A DNA stretch of 39,471 nucleotides. Origin: a virus. Lineage: Duplodnaviria > Caudoviricetes. The notes beneath the pieces are model-generated. The model was not told the origin of the DNA, searched no databases, and saw only the letters and a list, made by a program, of their open reading frames with translations. This document shows, one piece after another, positions 17,994 to 26,198 of the stretch. How positions within the stretch are numbered: position 1 is the stretch's first letter; the number at the start of each line of letters is the position of its first letter. The stretch is from positions 1-39,471 of IMG/VR virus record IMGVR_UViG_3300020464_000009; one strand, written 5' to 3'. The position numbers and the translations under genes are program-made.

Positions 17994-18458
17994 TTATTCT
18001 ACGTAAACTTCGCCAGTCGAAAAAACTTCATCCCAGTCGATACGTTTGACAGCTTTTAACTGATCAAGTTTAGAAAATCGTTCACCAGGTAATCCTTGGC
18101 GGAGTTCGATAATTTCTTTAGCGGTTTTAATACCTACTCCAGGCAGAACCTGAGTCAAGCCTTCTGCAGTCAAAGTGTTCAAATTGACTCGGTTATCGGT
18201 GGGAACTTGTGGTTTGACGACGATCGGTTCTTTTTTAGCTACGGCTACCTTCCGACGGTTGCGTCGATTACGTGTCGGTACGTCATCAGTTTCTTGTTCA
18301 GGAGTGTCCACAAGCTCTTGAACTTGATCTTTGTGTGCAAAAAACACCTTGCCGGAAGTATCCGACCGGACCATGAAGTACTCTCCTTCGTCATGGATCG
18401 ACAGGACAGTGACTTTAATACCGCTGGGTGCGTAGATTTTAGTGGACATAACAATCAC
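17994..18458 (-). CDS. Helix-hairpin-helix (ComEA-like) DNA-binding protein
   Basis: VNLNTLTAEGLTQVLPGVGIKTAKEIIELR...FSKLDQLKAVKRI; basic linker RNRRNRRK; beta-rich N-domain. Confidence 0.8.
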   Translation of the reverse strand: MIVMSTKIYAPSGIKVTVLSIHDEGEYFMVRSDTSGKVFFAHKDQVQELVDTPEQETDDVPTRNRRNRRKVAVAKKEPIVVKPQVPTDNRVNLNTLTAEGLTQVLPGVGIKTAKEIIELRQGLPGERFSKLDQLKAVKRIDWDEVFSTGEVYVE

Positions 18459-18515
18459 TATACGAGCAGTAGCTTATACCAGATAGTATTAAAATAGTGA
18501 TTATCTGACTGAAAA

Positions 18516-19070
18516 ATGGATAAAGACTCGCCTGGTGTTCTTACCGCACGACCGGAACAGTATGTGCTTCTCGGTAATCCGGTTGAAGGTCTGAGACGTT
18601 TAGCAGGGCAATTACGCGGGCTGTCTCCAGCAGGTGTAGTCAAAAGCCTCGGCGGTAAAACAATCCCGCTAGCAGGTGACGCTATGAATGTTGGTGTTGA
18701 GCTGAACGACCCTGCTGAGCCTTCACGACAACAAAGAGAATTGAATGCATTACTTGTCGGTGGAGGAGGAGCCCTAGCTTCTGCTTTAAGCGGAGGTTTA
18801 GATTTTATTCCTGTAGCGATGGAGTTAGGTCAGTCCACAGCGCAGGAGGCGGGTGTCATACCAGAAGAAAAGGTTAATGTCGGAGCACTTTTAAATGTAG
18901 AAAATTATTTAAGAGAACTTTCTTATTTACTTGGAAAAGGTTTGGGGTATGGAAGCGACATTCCGGAAGACAGAGCAATTTTGAGAGAGGAGTATTCCAA
19001 AATCGCTGAAGAATTCAAAGACGCTGCTGAACGAGCTCGTCAACCACGTCCGTATTCAGGTGGTTACTAA
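18516..19070 (+). CDS. Hypothetical protein with Gly/Ala-rich hydrophobic segment
   Basis: 184 aa isolated plus-strand ORF filling the gap between minus-strand genes. Confidence 0.6.
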   Translation: MDKDSPGVLTARPEQYVLLGNPVEGLRRLAGQLRGLSPAGVVKSLGGKTIPLAGDAMNVGVELNDPAEPSRQQRELNALLVGGGGALASALSGGLDFIPVAMELGQSTAQEAGVIPEEKVNVGALLNVENYLRELSYLLGKGLGYGSDIPEDRAILREEYSKIAEEFKDAAERARQPRPYSGGY

Positions 19071-19357
19071 CTATCGCCAAAAGACAAGCCCGCATCCCAG
19101 CCAGGTTGCCCACCGTCTTTGATTTTTTCGTCCATCTTCTCCATAAACTTACGGCGCTTTTCCCAGGTATCGCCGCCTTCGGCACCTTTTTTAGGGTTAA
19201 TGCACTGAGGCGTATTAACCATGTTGCAAACTAAACCTGCTAAATCCTCTTCTTTACCCTTCGCCCCGGTTGCCCAAAAGAGTTGCCCGTTGAACCAAAC
19301 CGCGCCGCATCTAGGACACTCGGTGCGTTCAATAGAAAGATCAGAAAGATCAGGCAT
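19067..19357 (-). CDS. Cys-containing hypothetical phage protein
   Basis: CPRCGAVW...DLAGLVCN...CINP...GDTWEKR. Confidence 0.7.
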   Translation of the reverse strand: MPDLSDLSIERTECPRCGAVWFNGQLFWATGAKGKEEDLAGLVCNMVNTPQCINPKKGAEGGDTWEKRRKFMEKMDEKIKDGGQPGWDAGLSFGDS

Positions 19358-19427
19358 AGTGTCAAAACTATGATCAATATATTTTAGGAATGCATCGTTA
19401 TTTGTATACCTTTGGTCCTTAAAACAT

Positions 19428-19458
19428 AAAAAAAGACCCCTCCCGAAGGAGAGGTCTT
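19428..19458 (-). terminator. Rho-independent terminator with cUUCGg tetraloop
   Basis: Minus strand AAGACCTCTCC-TTCG-GGAGGGGTCTTTTTTT just after the 19480..20358 gene. Confidence 0.9.
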
Positions 19459-19479
19459 ACACGTCGCCTTCTGATTTTA

Positions 19480-20358
19480 TCAGGCAGGAGAAGTGCTGGT
19501 GTAAGTGGAGGACTCGACGATGCCGTCGGGCTGCAGTGCCAGGTCGGCACGCTCGGGGGGCTCGTCGGGAATGATCCAGCAGACTTCGCAGATAGCGAGA
19601 GCCTTGTCATCACCAGACAGTTTGTTGGCTGCAGCACGGGGGTCATAGACACCAGAGCCTTGAGCCAGACCAGAACCGGCAGCGCCGCCCAGGTCAGTCG
19701 TGGTGAACAGTTTCCACTGAGTCTCAGATCCGAGAGCAGCCCAGCTGCTGGAATCGAAGATGTTGGTGGAACCGGTGCTGCCGTTAGCAATGGCGCTGTT
19801 AGCACCAGTGATGGAAGCACCGAACTGACCGGAAACGACAGTACCGTCATCCTTCAGACCAACGCCCACAGCGGGGACAAGGGTCAGTTCAGGAGTGGAG
19901 TCAGCACCTGCGACGCCGCTGCTCACGATGTCGCCGCCGCTCAGGCGCAGGGAAGCGCGATAAACGTAAGCGGTAGCAGGGACTTTGATGCCATCGGTGA
20001 TATCAGCCCGGACATCCTTGTGGAAGTCGGGAGAAGGAACGATGACGTCGCCGTTCAGGAAAGGCTGCTCAGCGGAGTTCTGACCAGAGCCATAGGGCTT
20101 GGTGTAGTAGCTCAGCTGATTGTTGGTGCCGAGAGCCTGATAGCTCAGGTCGACATAACCAACAGCCTGTTGTGCGATCCAGCCAGGCTGGAACACAACG
20201 CCGACAGGACCGCCAACCGGCTGGTTGGTGAAGGTGGAGTCGACACCGTTAGCGTTCTGGAAAGCAACGGATTTCTCTTCGTGCCAATAACGAAGAACGT
20301 TGGTGTAGTTACCAGGATAGATCTTGGCAACGTGTAGCTGGTTTGCGTTAATAGCCAT
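19480..20358 (-). CDS. Abundant virion protein co-transcribed with the major capsid gene (minor capsid/decoration candidate)
   Basis: Strong SD GAGGAGG, codon bias similar to the MCP, followed by a terminator. Confidence 0.65.
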   Translation of the reverse strand: MAINANQLHVAKIYPGNYTNVLRYWHEEKSVAFQNANGVDSTFTNQPVGGPVGVVFQPGWIAQQAVGYVDLSYQALGTNNQLSYYTKPYGSGQNSAEQPFLNGDVIVPSPDFHKDVRADITDGIKVPATAYVYRASLRLSGGDIVSSGVAGADSTPELTLVPAVGVGLKDDGTVVSGQFGASITGANSAIANGSTGSTNIFDSSSWAALGSETQWKLFTTTDLGGAAGSGLAQGSGVYDPRAAANKLSGDDKALAICEVCWIIPDEPPERADLALQPDGIVESSTYTSTSPA

Positions 20359-20372
20359 AGTTAGTTACCTCC

Positions 20373-21488
20373 TCAAGCGTCGAAAGAGTAACCAACGGTC
20401 ACGAAGTCTGCGTTGAGCAGTTCGAAACCAGCGTACAGGCTCCAGATCATCATGATGAATCGTGAGAAGTCATCATTATTGTTCAGGAGAACCTGAGCGT
20501 TGTTGCCGCCGATGCCGACGCCAACAGACTGAGGACCGAAGAACATACCGATCGCAGCGTTGTAATCAGCTGCTGCACCGGCAATAGTTGCGTTCTGCGT
20601 CTGAGTGGGCATGTTGGTGGATTCGAAGAATCGCACGCCCTCAAAAACGAAGCCCGTGGGCATAATAGGCTCACCAGCAACGAAAGTTGCCTGACCGAAG
20701 CCTTGACCCATGTAGATGCTGGCGTTCGGCTGCATAGCCGACATCAGCGGGTTGATTTGACCATTACCGGGGTAGCGAGCCACCTCACGGAAGTCACTGT
20801 TCTGACGCAGGTGCATCAAGAAAGTGGGGTCACAAACGCAACGATAGAAACCGTCCTGGTAGGTCGGGGTGTTGCGCTTACGCAGGGACTTGACCACACG
20901 CAGGAGGTCGTCCTTAACGTCGAACTTAGCTTGCTCGGCGTTGGTGTAAGTAAGAGCGCCAGTAGCCAGATCGCCGGGGAAGTAGTAACCGCCCTGGGAA
21001 TCGGAAGACTGACCCTTAGAAACAGCTTTCAGGAGTTCGTTAATGAACACCCGATCGCGCCAGCGGCGGTAGTCGTCTAACAGAGTTAGCGAACCGATTG
21101 ACTGGTGGAAGGTGGTAAGGTTGCCCGTATCGAGCAGCAGACGCTGCGCGGTGATAAGGGTTTCCCGTGCAATTTTGAAGGTTGAAGGAGAGGTCGGATC
21201 ACCCGGATCTGCAGGTCCCGTGTACTCTTTCAAGGTCACAAGGACCTTGTCCTTCACAATATTACGGCTGTTAGCAGTACCGATGGTCTGCTCAGCAGTG
21301 CGCTCCCGAGATTCCTTAGAGCCAGGGTTACCGAAGAAGCGGTAACGATCTAACTGAACCGTCTGACCTGGCTGCTTAGAAAAGTCATGAACGACCACCG
21401 GCTCGGCAGCCATCTCAACGATGTAAGCAGGGTGCGGACGGTAGAGTTCGGCACCAAGAATCTTGGGAAAATCATTATCGATAAACAT
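20373..21488 (-). CDS. Major capsid protein
   Basis: 371 aa from ATG 21488 (MFIDNDFPKILGAEL...). Patterns PGQTVQLDRY, YRCVCDP..LMHLRQ, GFVFEGVRFFES and FFGPQSVG...DDFSR are consistent with HK97-fold/N4-gp56-like capsids; lies downstream of portal and scaffold; strongly biased codons. Confidence 0.85.
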   Translation of the reverse strand: MFIDNDFPKILGAELYRPHPAYIVEMAAEPVVVHDFSKQPGQTVQLDRYRFFGNPGSKESRERTAEQTIGTANSRNIVKDKVLVTLKEYTGPADPGDPTSPSTFKIARETLITAQRLLLDTGNLTTFHQSIGSLTLLDDYRRWRDRVFINELLKAVSKGQSSDSQGGYYFPGDLATGALTYTNAEQAKFDVKDDLLRVVKSLRKRNTPTYQDGFYRCVCDPTFLMHLRQNSDFREVARYPGNGQINPLMSAMQPNASIYMGQGFGQATFVAGEPIMPTGFVFEGVRFFESTNMPTQTQNATIAGAAADYNAAIGMFFGPQSVGVGIGGNNAQVLLNNNDDFSRFIMMIWSLYAGFELLNADFVTVGYSFDA

Positions 21489-21569
21489 CGATAGTGTCCG
21501 CAAGAAACTACAAATTAATCTTAGCGTTTAAGCAGTTATATCTACATAGCTGCTGTCTTATTTTTAGCG

Positions 21570-22790
21570 TTATTGATTTTTTTGATTTGAACTATTTACT
21601 CCAGGACTAAAGGTGCGGATCATGCCACGAATACCTTCACCTAACACGCCATAAGTGCTGCCGTAGTTAGGAACATACCTGGATGATTTACCGCGATATG
21701 AATTTCGAATAATTACATTTTTTCCGTCGGCGGTATCACCGGGTAGCGCCTGAGAACGCACTGACTCAACGCGAGACTCACAATAAGACGGAGGGTAGTA
21801 CTGCCACTCTGCTCTTGAGGCAGTTCCGCTTGAAGTTGTACGAATCAACGTTGGATACTGAGCCAGCGGATATGACATCCCGCCACCAGTGCTTCCGCCA
21901 TCAGGTGCAGTGCCTCCAGTTTCAAAAGGTAAATATTGCTGTTGATCAGGGACGTTATTTCCGTAATAAATAAAAGGTCCACGATCTTTAAGTCCTGGTT
22001 CAGGACCGAAAACTGTTTGTACTGTCGAATTAGCTGTAGAAATCGAAGCTTGCCTTCTATAACCGTCGTAAACAGTCAGTAATCCCGAAGCGTGGGGATA
22101 AGTATTTTCGTAGTTTGTCCAATAACCCGAAATCGCAGGCGGTACATGACGCCAGTTTGTGCTGTTGAAAATTGGTCGATTAACAGGGGGACCACTTATC
22201 GAATACGTAGCAGTTCCTCCCATACCGGGGTGAACGGTGCAAAAAGGAAATAACGCAGCCGTTAAACCAGACGGCACGACAATTTGCAGATACGCGCCTG
22301 GGTCACCTTGAGTTCCAGAGGTGGTCACGCCGTCCGTAAACGCTACACCTAAAGCATGAGTTCCATCTTGAGTTTTACTCAATCGGAAAGGGTGAGCAGA
22401 AGTGGTTGTAGATGATAAATCGAATATGTAAGTACTTCCTTGATAAAGAGTCAGACTTTTTTGCGAAACATTATCTAAAGCAAATTTATTACCGCCGTCA
22501 CTGACCACAGTGACTTCAAAAGTCTTTGTTTCTGGGTAAGTCTCAGTCGCAAGCCCTACATCAGCAGCAAATGACTGAGGAGGCCCTGGAGTTACTGTTC
22601 CGTAATCAGCACCGGGAGTTGATAAAGCAACATATGTTTGTTGTTGGCCCGACGCATACACGTACCCACTCGAGGTGAGTATATAAGTGTCCGTGAGATT
22701 TAAAGCAGACCCTGTCCTTTGTGGACCTGATTGAATGTTGTGATATAAGGATTTATCGTATCGCCAGTTTGAAAGAGGTGCAAAAGTCAT
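21570..22790 (-). CDS. Virion structural protein with cupredoxin-like domain
   Basis: LTLYQGSTYIFDLS...HPFRLS...FCTVHPGMGG module resembles domains in cyanophage structural proteins. Confidence 0.65.
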   Translation of the reverse strand: MTFAPLSNWRYDKSLYHNIQSGPQRTGSALNLTDTYILTSSGYVYASGQQQTYVALSTPGADYGTVTPGPPQSFAADVGLATETYPETKTFEVTVVSDGGNKFALDNVSQKSLTLYQGSTYIFDLSSTTTSAHPFRLSKTQDGTHALGVAFTDGVTTSGTQGDPGAYLQIVVPSGLTAALFPFCTVHPGMGGTATYSISGPPVNRPIFNSTNWRHVPPAISGYWTNYENTYPHASGLLTVYDGYRRQASISTANSTVQTVFGPEPGLKDRGPFIYYGNNVPDQQQYLPFETGGTAPDGGSTGGGMSYPLAQYPTLIRTTSSGTASRAEWQYYPPSYCESRVESVRSQALPGDTADGKNVIIRNSYRGKSSRYVPNYGSTYGVLGEGIRGMIRTFSPGVNSSNQKNQ

Positions 22791-22847
22791 CTTTCTTTGC
22801 TTTTCTTACACTCTAAGCCGATTTATTATGCATATAGGCTTTAGATT

Positions 22848-23174
22848 TTGAGACTAATGATCGAAAAATTAGTCTCAATCTTGGCAGTAGATGCCGAGCT
22901 TGCTGGTAGTTCGATTGCGGGCACCGTGACAGAATCTCTTGTGCATCCACGCGATAAAAAGTACTTTTTGAGGCACTTTTTGCGTGCAATGACCGTCGGT
23001 TGGCTGTTAGCCACGTTTGTTAGCCCGGCGGTGGCCGAAAGAATGCAATTAAGCAAAGAAGAATCGGTAGCCGTGGCCTTTATCGGCGGTTATGCCGGTA
23101 TAAAACTCCTAAACGCTGCTGAAGCGGTCGCGATTCACAAAATTACCTCTAAAAAAGAGGAAAAAGAGTCTTAA
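22848..23174 (+). CDS. Holin-like membrane protein
   Basis: 108 aa with 2-3 hydrophobic segments (AMTVGWLLATFVSPAV; VAVAFIGGYAGIKLL) and a charged C-terminus KKEEKES. Confidence 0.55.
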   Translation: MRLMIEKLVSILAVDAELAGSSIAGTVTESLVHPRDKKYFLRHFLRAMTVGWLLATFVSPAVAERMQLSKEESVAVAFIGGYAGIKLLNAAEAVAIHKITSKKEEKES

Positions 23175-23317
23175 AGCGCGACACTTTCGTCAAAACTCTC
23201 TGGAGCAGGGGGATTTGATGCGGGAGGCTGAGCTTTTGGCCCTGGTGACATTCCCACACGCTGTTTTTTATTAGTATTGGCCTTTTCATCAGGCCGTTTG
23301 TCCCCTAAAGCTCTCAT
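23171..23317 (-). CDS. Small hypothetical protein, 48 aa (not in ORF track)
   Basis: ATG 23317 with AAAGGA upstream: MRALGDKRPDEKANTNKKQRVGMSPGPKAQPPASNPPAPESFDESVAL. Confidence 0.5.
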   Translation of the reverse strand: MRALGDKRPDEKANTNKKQRVGMSPGPKAQPPASNPPAPESFDESVAL

Positions 23318-23346
23318 AATTACATCCTTTTTCTAAAAATTAGCAT

Positions 23347-23374
23347 AAAAAATCCCCTCCCGAAGGAGAGGATT
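23347..23374 (-). terminator. Rho-independent terminator with cUUCGg tetraloop
   Basis: Minus strand AATCCTCTCC-TTCG-GGAGGGGATTTTTT after the scaffold gene. Confidence 0.9.
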
Positions 23375-23396
23375 GGTACACCTTATGAGAATCTTA

Positions 23397-24317
23397 TCAG
23401 GAAGGTTCCATAAAGAGGAGTTTTGAACGCAGAGCGTCGGGACTCATCTGAGCGAGCATGCGCCAAGCGTTCTCAGGGGAACGGCTCATAGCGTCACCAA
23501 AAGCATCCCACTGTTGCTGAGGTTGAACGGCTTGCTGCTGACCAGCGGTGGCTGCCGGAGGAGCAGGCATGTCGTAGTTCTGCTGGTACTGCTGAGGAGC
23601 CTGAGCAGGAACGTCGTTGTCGATGTCCACGGGGACAACTTCGGTGAAGAAGCGGTCGGTGTAATCGGCCAGATAATCAGGGTTGGTCAGGATTTGCTCC
23701 ATACCACCTGCACGCTGGGCGACAGCGTCAGTTTTCGCAGCCTGCTGAAGAAGCATGTCCTCCAGTTGGCACGCGTAAGCATTTAAAATGCCAGGTGCCT
23801 CGAGGCCGAAGTTTTTAACGACCTCGACGCTTGCCGCGCTGAGTTCGCTGTTGCTGGCCGTAGAAGCCTGCGAGGAAGTTTGGGTCTGTGAGGCGTTGGT
23901 AGGCGAGGTCTGCTGAACCTGCTGTTCCTGGTAAGCCCAAGGCTGGGCCTGTGAAGGCTGACTCAGAGGTGTTGTAACCTGCTGCGGAGCCTGGGTCTGT
24001 AGTGACTGTGCTGCCTGGCTGAGGGACTGCGAAGGCAGGTTGCTGATCACCCGCTCCAGGGAACCCATCGCTGCTTCCCACGGGTTGCTCGGGGAGGATT
24101 GCGACGTTGACGGGTTGGACAGGTTGCTGATAGAAGGGTCCAAAGCCGGTGCCACCTGCTGTGGCGCTTGGGCTGTAGGAACCGAAGCTACCGCCGGGGT
24201 AGCTCCTTGTGCCACCCATTGCGGGTAGGCGGTTGTCGAGCCCTGGTCGCTGGATACCGCCGGGGCTGCCGCCGGGGAGACCGGGCTCGGGGTCGAAGCT
24301 TGGATCTGCTGGCTCAT
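23397..24317 (-). CDS. Putative capsid scaffolding protein
   Basis: Gln/Pro/Ala/Ser-rich, acidic, with a helical core; located between portal and MCP and followed by a terminator. Confidence 0.6.
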   Translation of the reverse strand: MSQQIQASTPSPVSPAAAPAVSSDQGSTTAYPQWVAQGATPAVASVPTAQAPQQVAPALDPSISNLSNPSTSQSSPSNPWEAAMGSLERVISNLPSQSLSQAAQSLQTQAPQQVTTPLSQPSQAQPWAYQEQQVQQTSPTNASQTQTSSQASTASNSELSAASVEVVKNFGLEAPGILNAYACQLEDMLLQQAAKTDAVAQRAGGMEQILTNPDYLADYTDRFFTEVVPVDIDNDVPAQAPQQYQQNYDMPAPPAATAGQQQAVQPQQQWDAFGDAMSRSPENAWRMLAQMSPDALRSKLLFMEPS

Positions 24318-26043
24318 AGCTACCCGAGTAAGTTAGTTCTTCCGCAAGGTGATCAAACGTCCTGTAAAGGAGCGGTGTGATATTCAGTCTAGGATCAGCC
24401 GCTAAAGGTTGATCAGGCGCAAGAGGATGCGGAGACTGCAACATCTGATTTAATAATACCAGGAATTGCTGCATTGCCGACTGTGTTTGACCAACCATTC
24501 TGAATGGAAAGCCTTTCAACATTTCGGCACGTTCTGCTTCAGTCTTATCAGGGAAGAGGTATTTAATTGCCTCCACACTGTTAACACCAACCTCTTGCAT
24601 GTTTCGAACGACGATTGATTTTTGCTGTAAATCAAAAGCCGTGTCCTCATACACATCGCCCATAAAACGATATGAAACACTGCGATCACCGTCTTCCGGA
24701 AGACCGACGACACCGCGAGGAACTTTATTCTTTTCTAGTGCTTTTTTAATTTCTTCATCGAGTTTCATATCAAAACGACGCAAAGCCTTTTGATATTTTT
24801 CGACTGATTCTTCAGTTTGTTCTTGGGGTGGTTTTGGTTCTTTCAGTCCGCTTGCCGCTATAAACGATTCACGGAAAATCATTTCTTGGTGATAAATCAT
24901 CATCTCCAAGAGACGACAGAAACCATAGGTCAAGAAGCTTTTATTCTTCCTGAGAGCCGTGGCTTGAGCCCGACCCATAAGACCTTTGATTTCAGTCGCA
25001 GTAGCACCTGCAGAAATCGAAATCTCATCGACACCACCTAAAGCGGTACGAATCTCTTCTCGAAGCAGAAGTGCATAACGGTTCATGTCCCCGCTAATCG
25101 GGTCGGGCGTCATATAGCCCACACGATCAGATGGTTCAACGTTGGCGATAATGCGTGGGACACGTAAGCCGCCACCCATGGATGAGCCGAAAGGCTCACT
25201 TACACGAGTAGAAGGTGTATCCCTCCCGGCGAATCCACTTTGTGAGCTGATTGTCGGTCGGAAAGTGCTTCCGGCATCGCCAGCCTCGACCAGATCAGAT
25301 CGAGGACGACTAGAGATCAGCGTAGGGTTGCCGAAGAACTCAATATTTTTAGCAATATTGGTGATCATGTCGTTATGGAGCACAATTTGCTCCATAAACG
25401 GATCGAAATCTCCTTCGCCGTCTGTGCCGCTAGCGTTTGGTTTGTTTAAACACTCGACGGCAGGTACAAAACCCAAGGAATTAGGACGACTTTTTGTTCC
25501 TGAGATACCTGCTCCAGGCTCTACTTCGAAACTGAGTTCTGAGTCTGATTCAGTCTCTTGAATTGTGTCTGCTGTAATAGACAAACGGACGTAGCGCTTG
25601 TTTTGTCCGTAAACATCACTAGGTAAACCCAGTGTCGCGTTCTTAACTTTGTAATCGTAAATGATTACGACTTCTTCAATCTGACCGTTTACGTCGTGAT
25701 ACACACGGTATTGGTTTTTATTGAAAAAATAGATCTGATATTTTAATTTTTGATCAGGACGGAAGTAAAAAAGTCCACAACCGTCGATTAAAAAGTTGCG
25801 AATAATCGCAGGAAAACGAATATCGAGCCTATTAAGCTCGATTACATCATGAAGAAACCGAGTCCGGCTTTTGAACGTGTCTTGGTCGCAGTAAAAAGAA
25901 AGACCCTTCTTGATCATCAAGAGAGTCATCTGCTGAAGGTGGCTAAGAACCACCATCGTTGCAGCTTGATTTTGCCGCCCTTGAGTTCGAGCAGCCTCTA
26001 AGATCTCCTCGAACTTGTTGCGGACTTCAGTAGAGGCTGCCAT
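23815..26043 (-). CDS. Putative portal protein with Pro/Gly-rich C-terminal extension
   Basis: 742 aa, located between terminase and scaffold/MCP. Segments such as NSLGFVPAVE, IAKNIEFFGNP and SAGATATEIK...TALRK are portal-like. Confidence 0.7.
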   Translation of the reverse strand: MAASTEVRNKFEEILEAARTQGRQNQAATMVVLSHLQQMTLLMIKKGLSFYCDQDTFKSRTRFLHDVIELNRLDIRFPAIIRNFLIDGCGLFYFRPDQKLKYQIYFFNKNQYRVYHDVNGQIEEVVIIYDYKVKNATLGLPSDVYGQNKRYVRLSITADTIQETESDSELSFEVEPGAGISGTKSRPNSLGFVPAVECLNKPNASGTDGEGDFDPFMEQIVLHNDMITNIAKNIEFFGNPTLISSRPRSDLVEAGDAGSTFRPTISSQSGFAGRDTPSTRVSEPFGSSMGGGLRVPRIIANVEPSDRVGYMTPDPISGDMNRYALLLREEIRTALGGVDEISISAGATATEIKGLMGRAQATALRKNKSFLTYGFCRLLEMMIYHQEMIFRESFIAASGLKEPKPPQEQTEESVEKYQKALRRFDMKLDEEIKKALEKNKVPRGVVGLPEDGDRSVSYRFMGDVYEDTAFDLQQKSIVVRNMQEVGVNSVEAIKYLFPDKTEAERAEMLKGFPFRMVGQTQSAMQQFLVLLNQMLQSPHPLAPDQPLAADPRLNITPLLYRTFDHLAEELTYSGSYEPADPSFDPEPGLPGGSPGGIQRPGLDNRLPAMGGTRSYPGGSFGSYSPSATAGGTGFGPFYQQPVQPVNVAILPEQPVGSSDGFPGAGDQQPAFAVPQPGSTVTTDPGSAAGYNTSESAFTGPALGLPGTAGSADLAYQRLTDPNFLAGFYGQQQRTQRGKRRGR

Positions 26044-26051
26044 TTAATCGA

Positions 26052-26198
26052 TTACTTCTTTTCTTTGAAAGAACGGGCTTTTTCTTTAGCACGTCTTTGT
26101 TTTCCCATCTTAACCTCGTCCCCGCTGGGAGCCTTTTTTTCCTCACGGTCAGCTGCGAACTTAGCTAAAAGCTCCGGAGGCATTTTACTGTCAGCCAT
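26052..26198 (-). CDS. Small basic protein, 48 aa (not in ORF track)
   Basis: ATG 26198 overlaps the end of the GT17 gene: MADSKMPPELLAKFAADREEKKAPSGDEVKMGKQRRAKEKARSFKEKK. Confidence 0.65.
   Translation of the reverse strand: MADSKMPPELLAKFAADREEKKAPSGDEVKMGKQRRAKEKARSFKEKK

Noticed and set aside
17994-18458. PsbU-like photosystem gene
   Set aside because: The LPGVG..TA..II..R HhH signature fits ComEA-type domains, and there is no lumenal signal peptide.
20358-20375. Possible MCP read-through or frameshift into the downstream gene
   Set aside because: Read-through of TGA meets TAA four codons later, the next gene is in another frame with its own strong SD, and no slippery heptamer is evident.
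19660-21345. Long plus-strand ORFs antisense to the capsid genes (19660..20337, 20703..21080, 21112..21345)
   Set aside because: Shadow ORFs expected from the strong codon bias of highly expressed genes; no protein motifs or SD.
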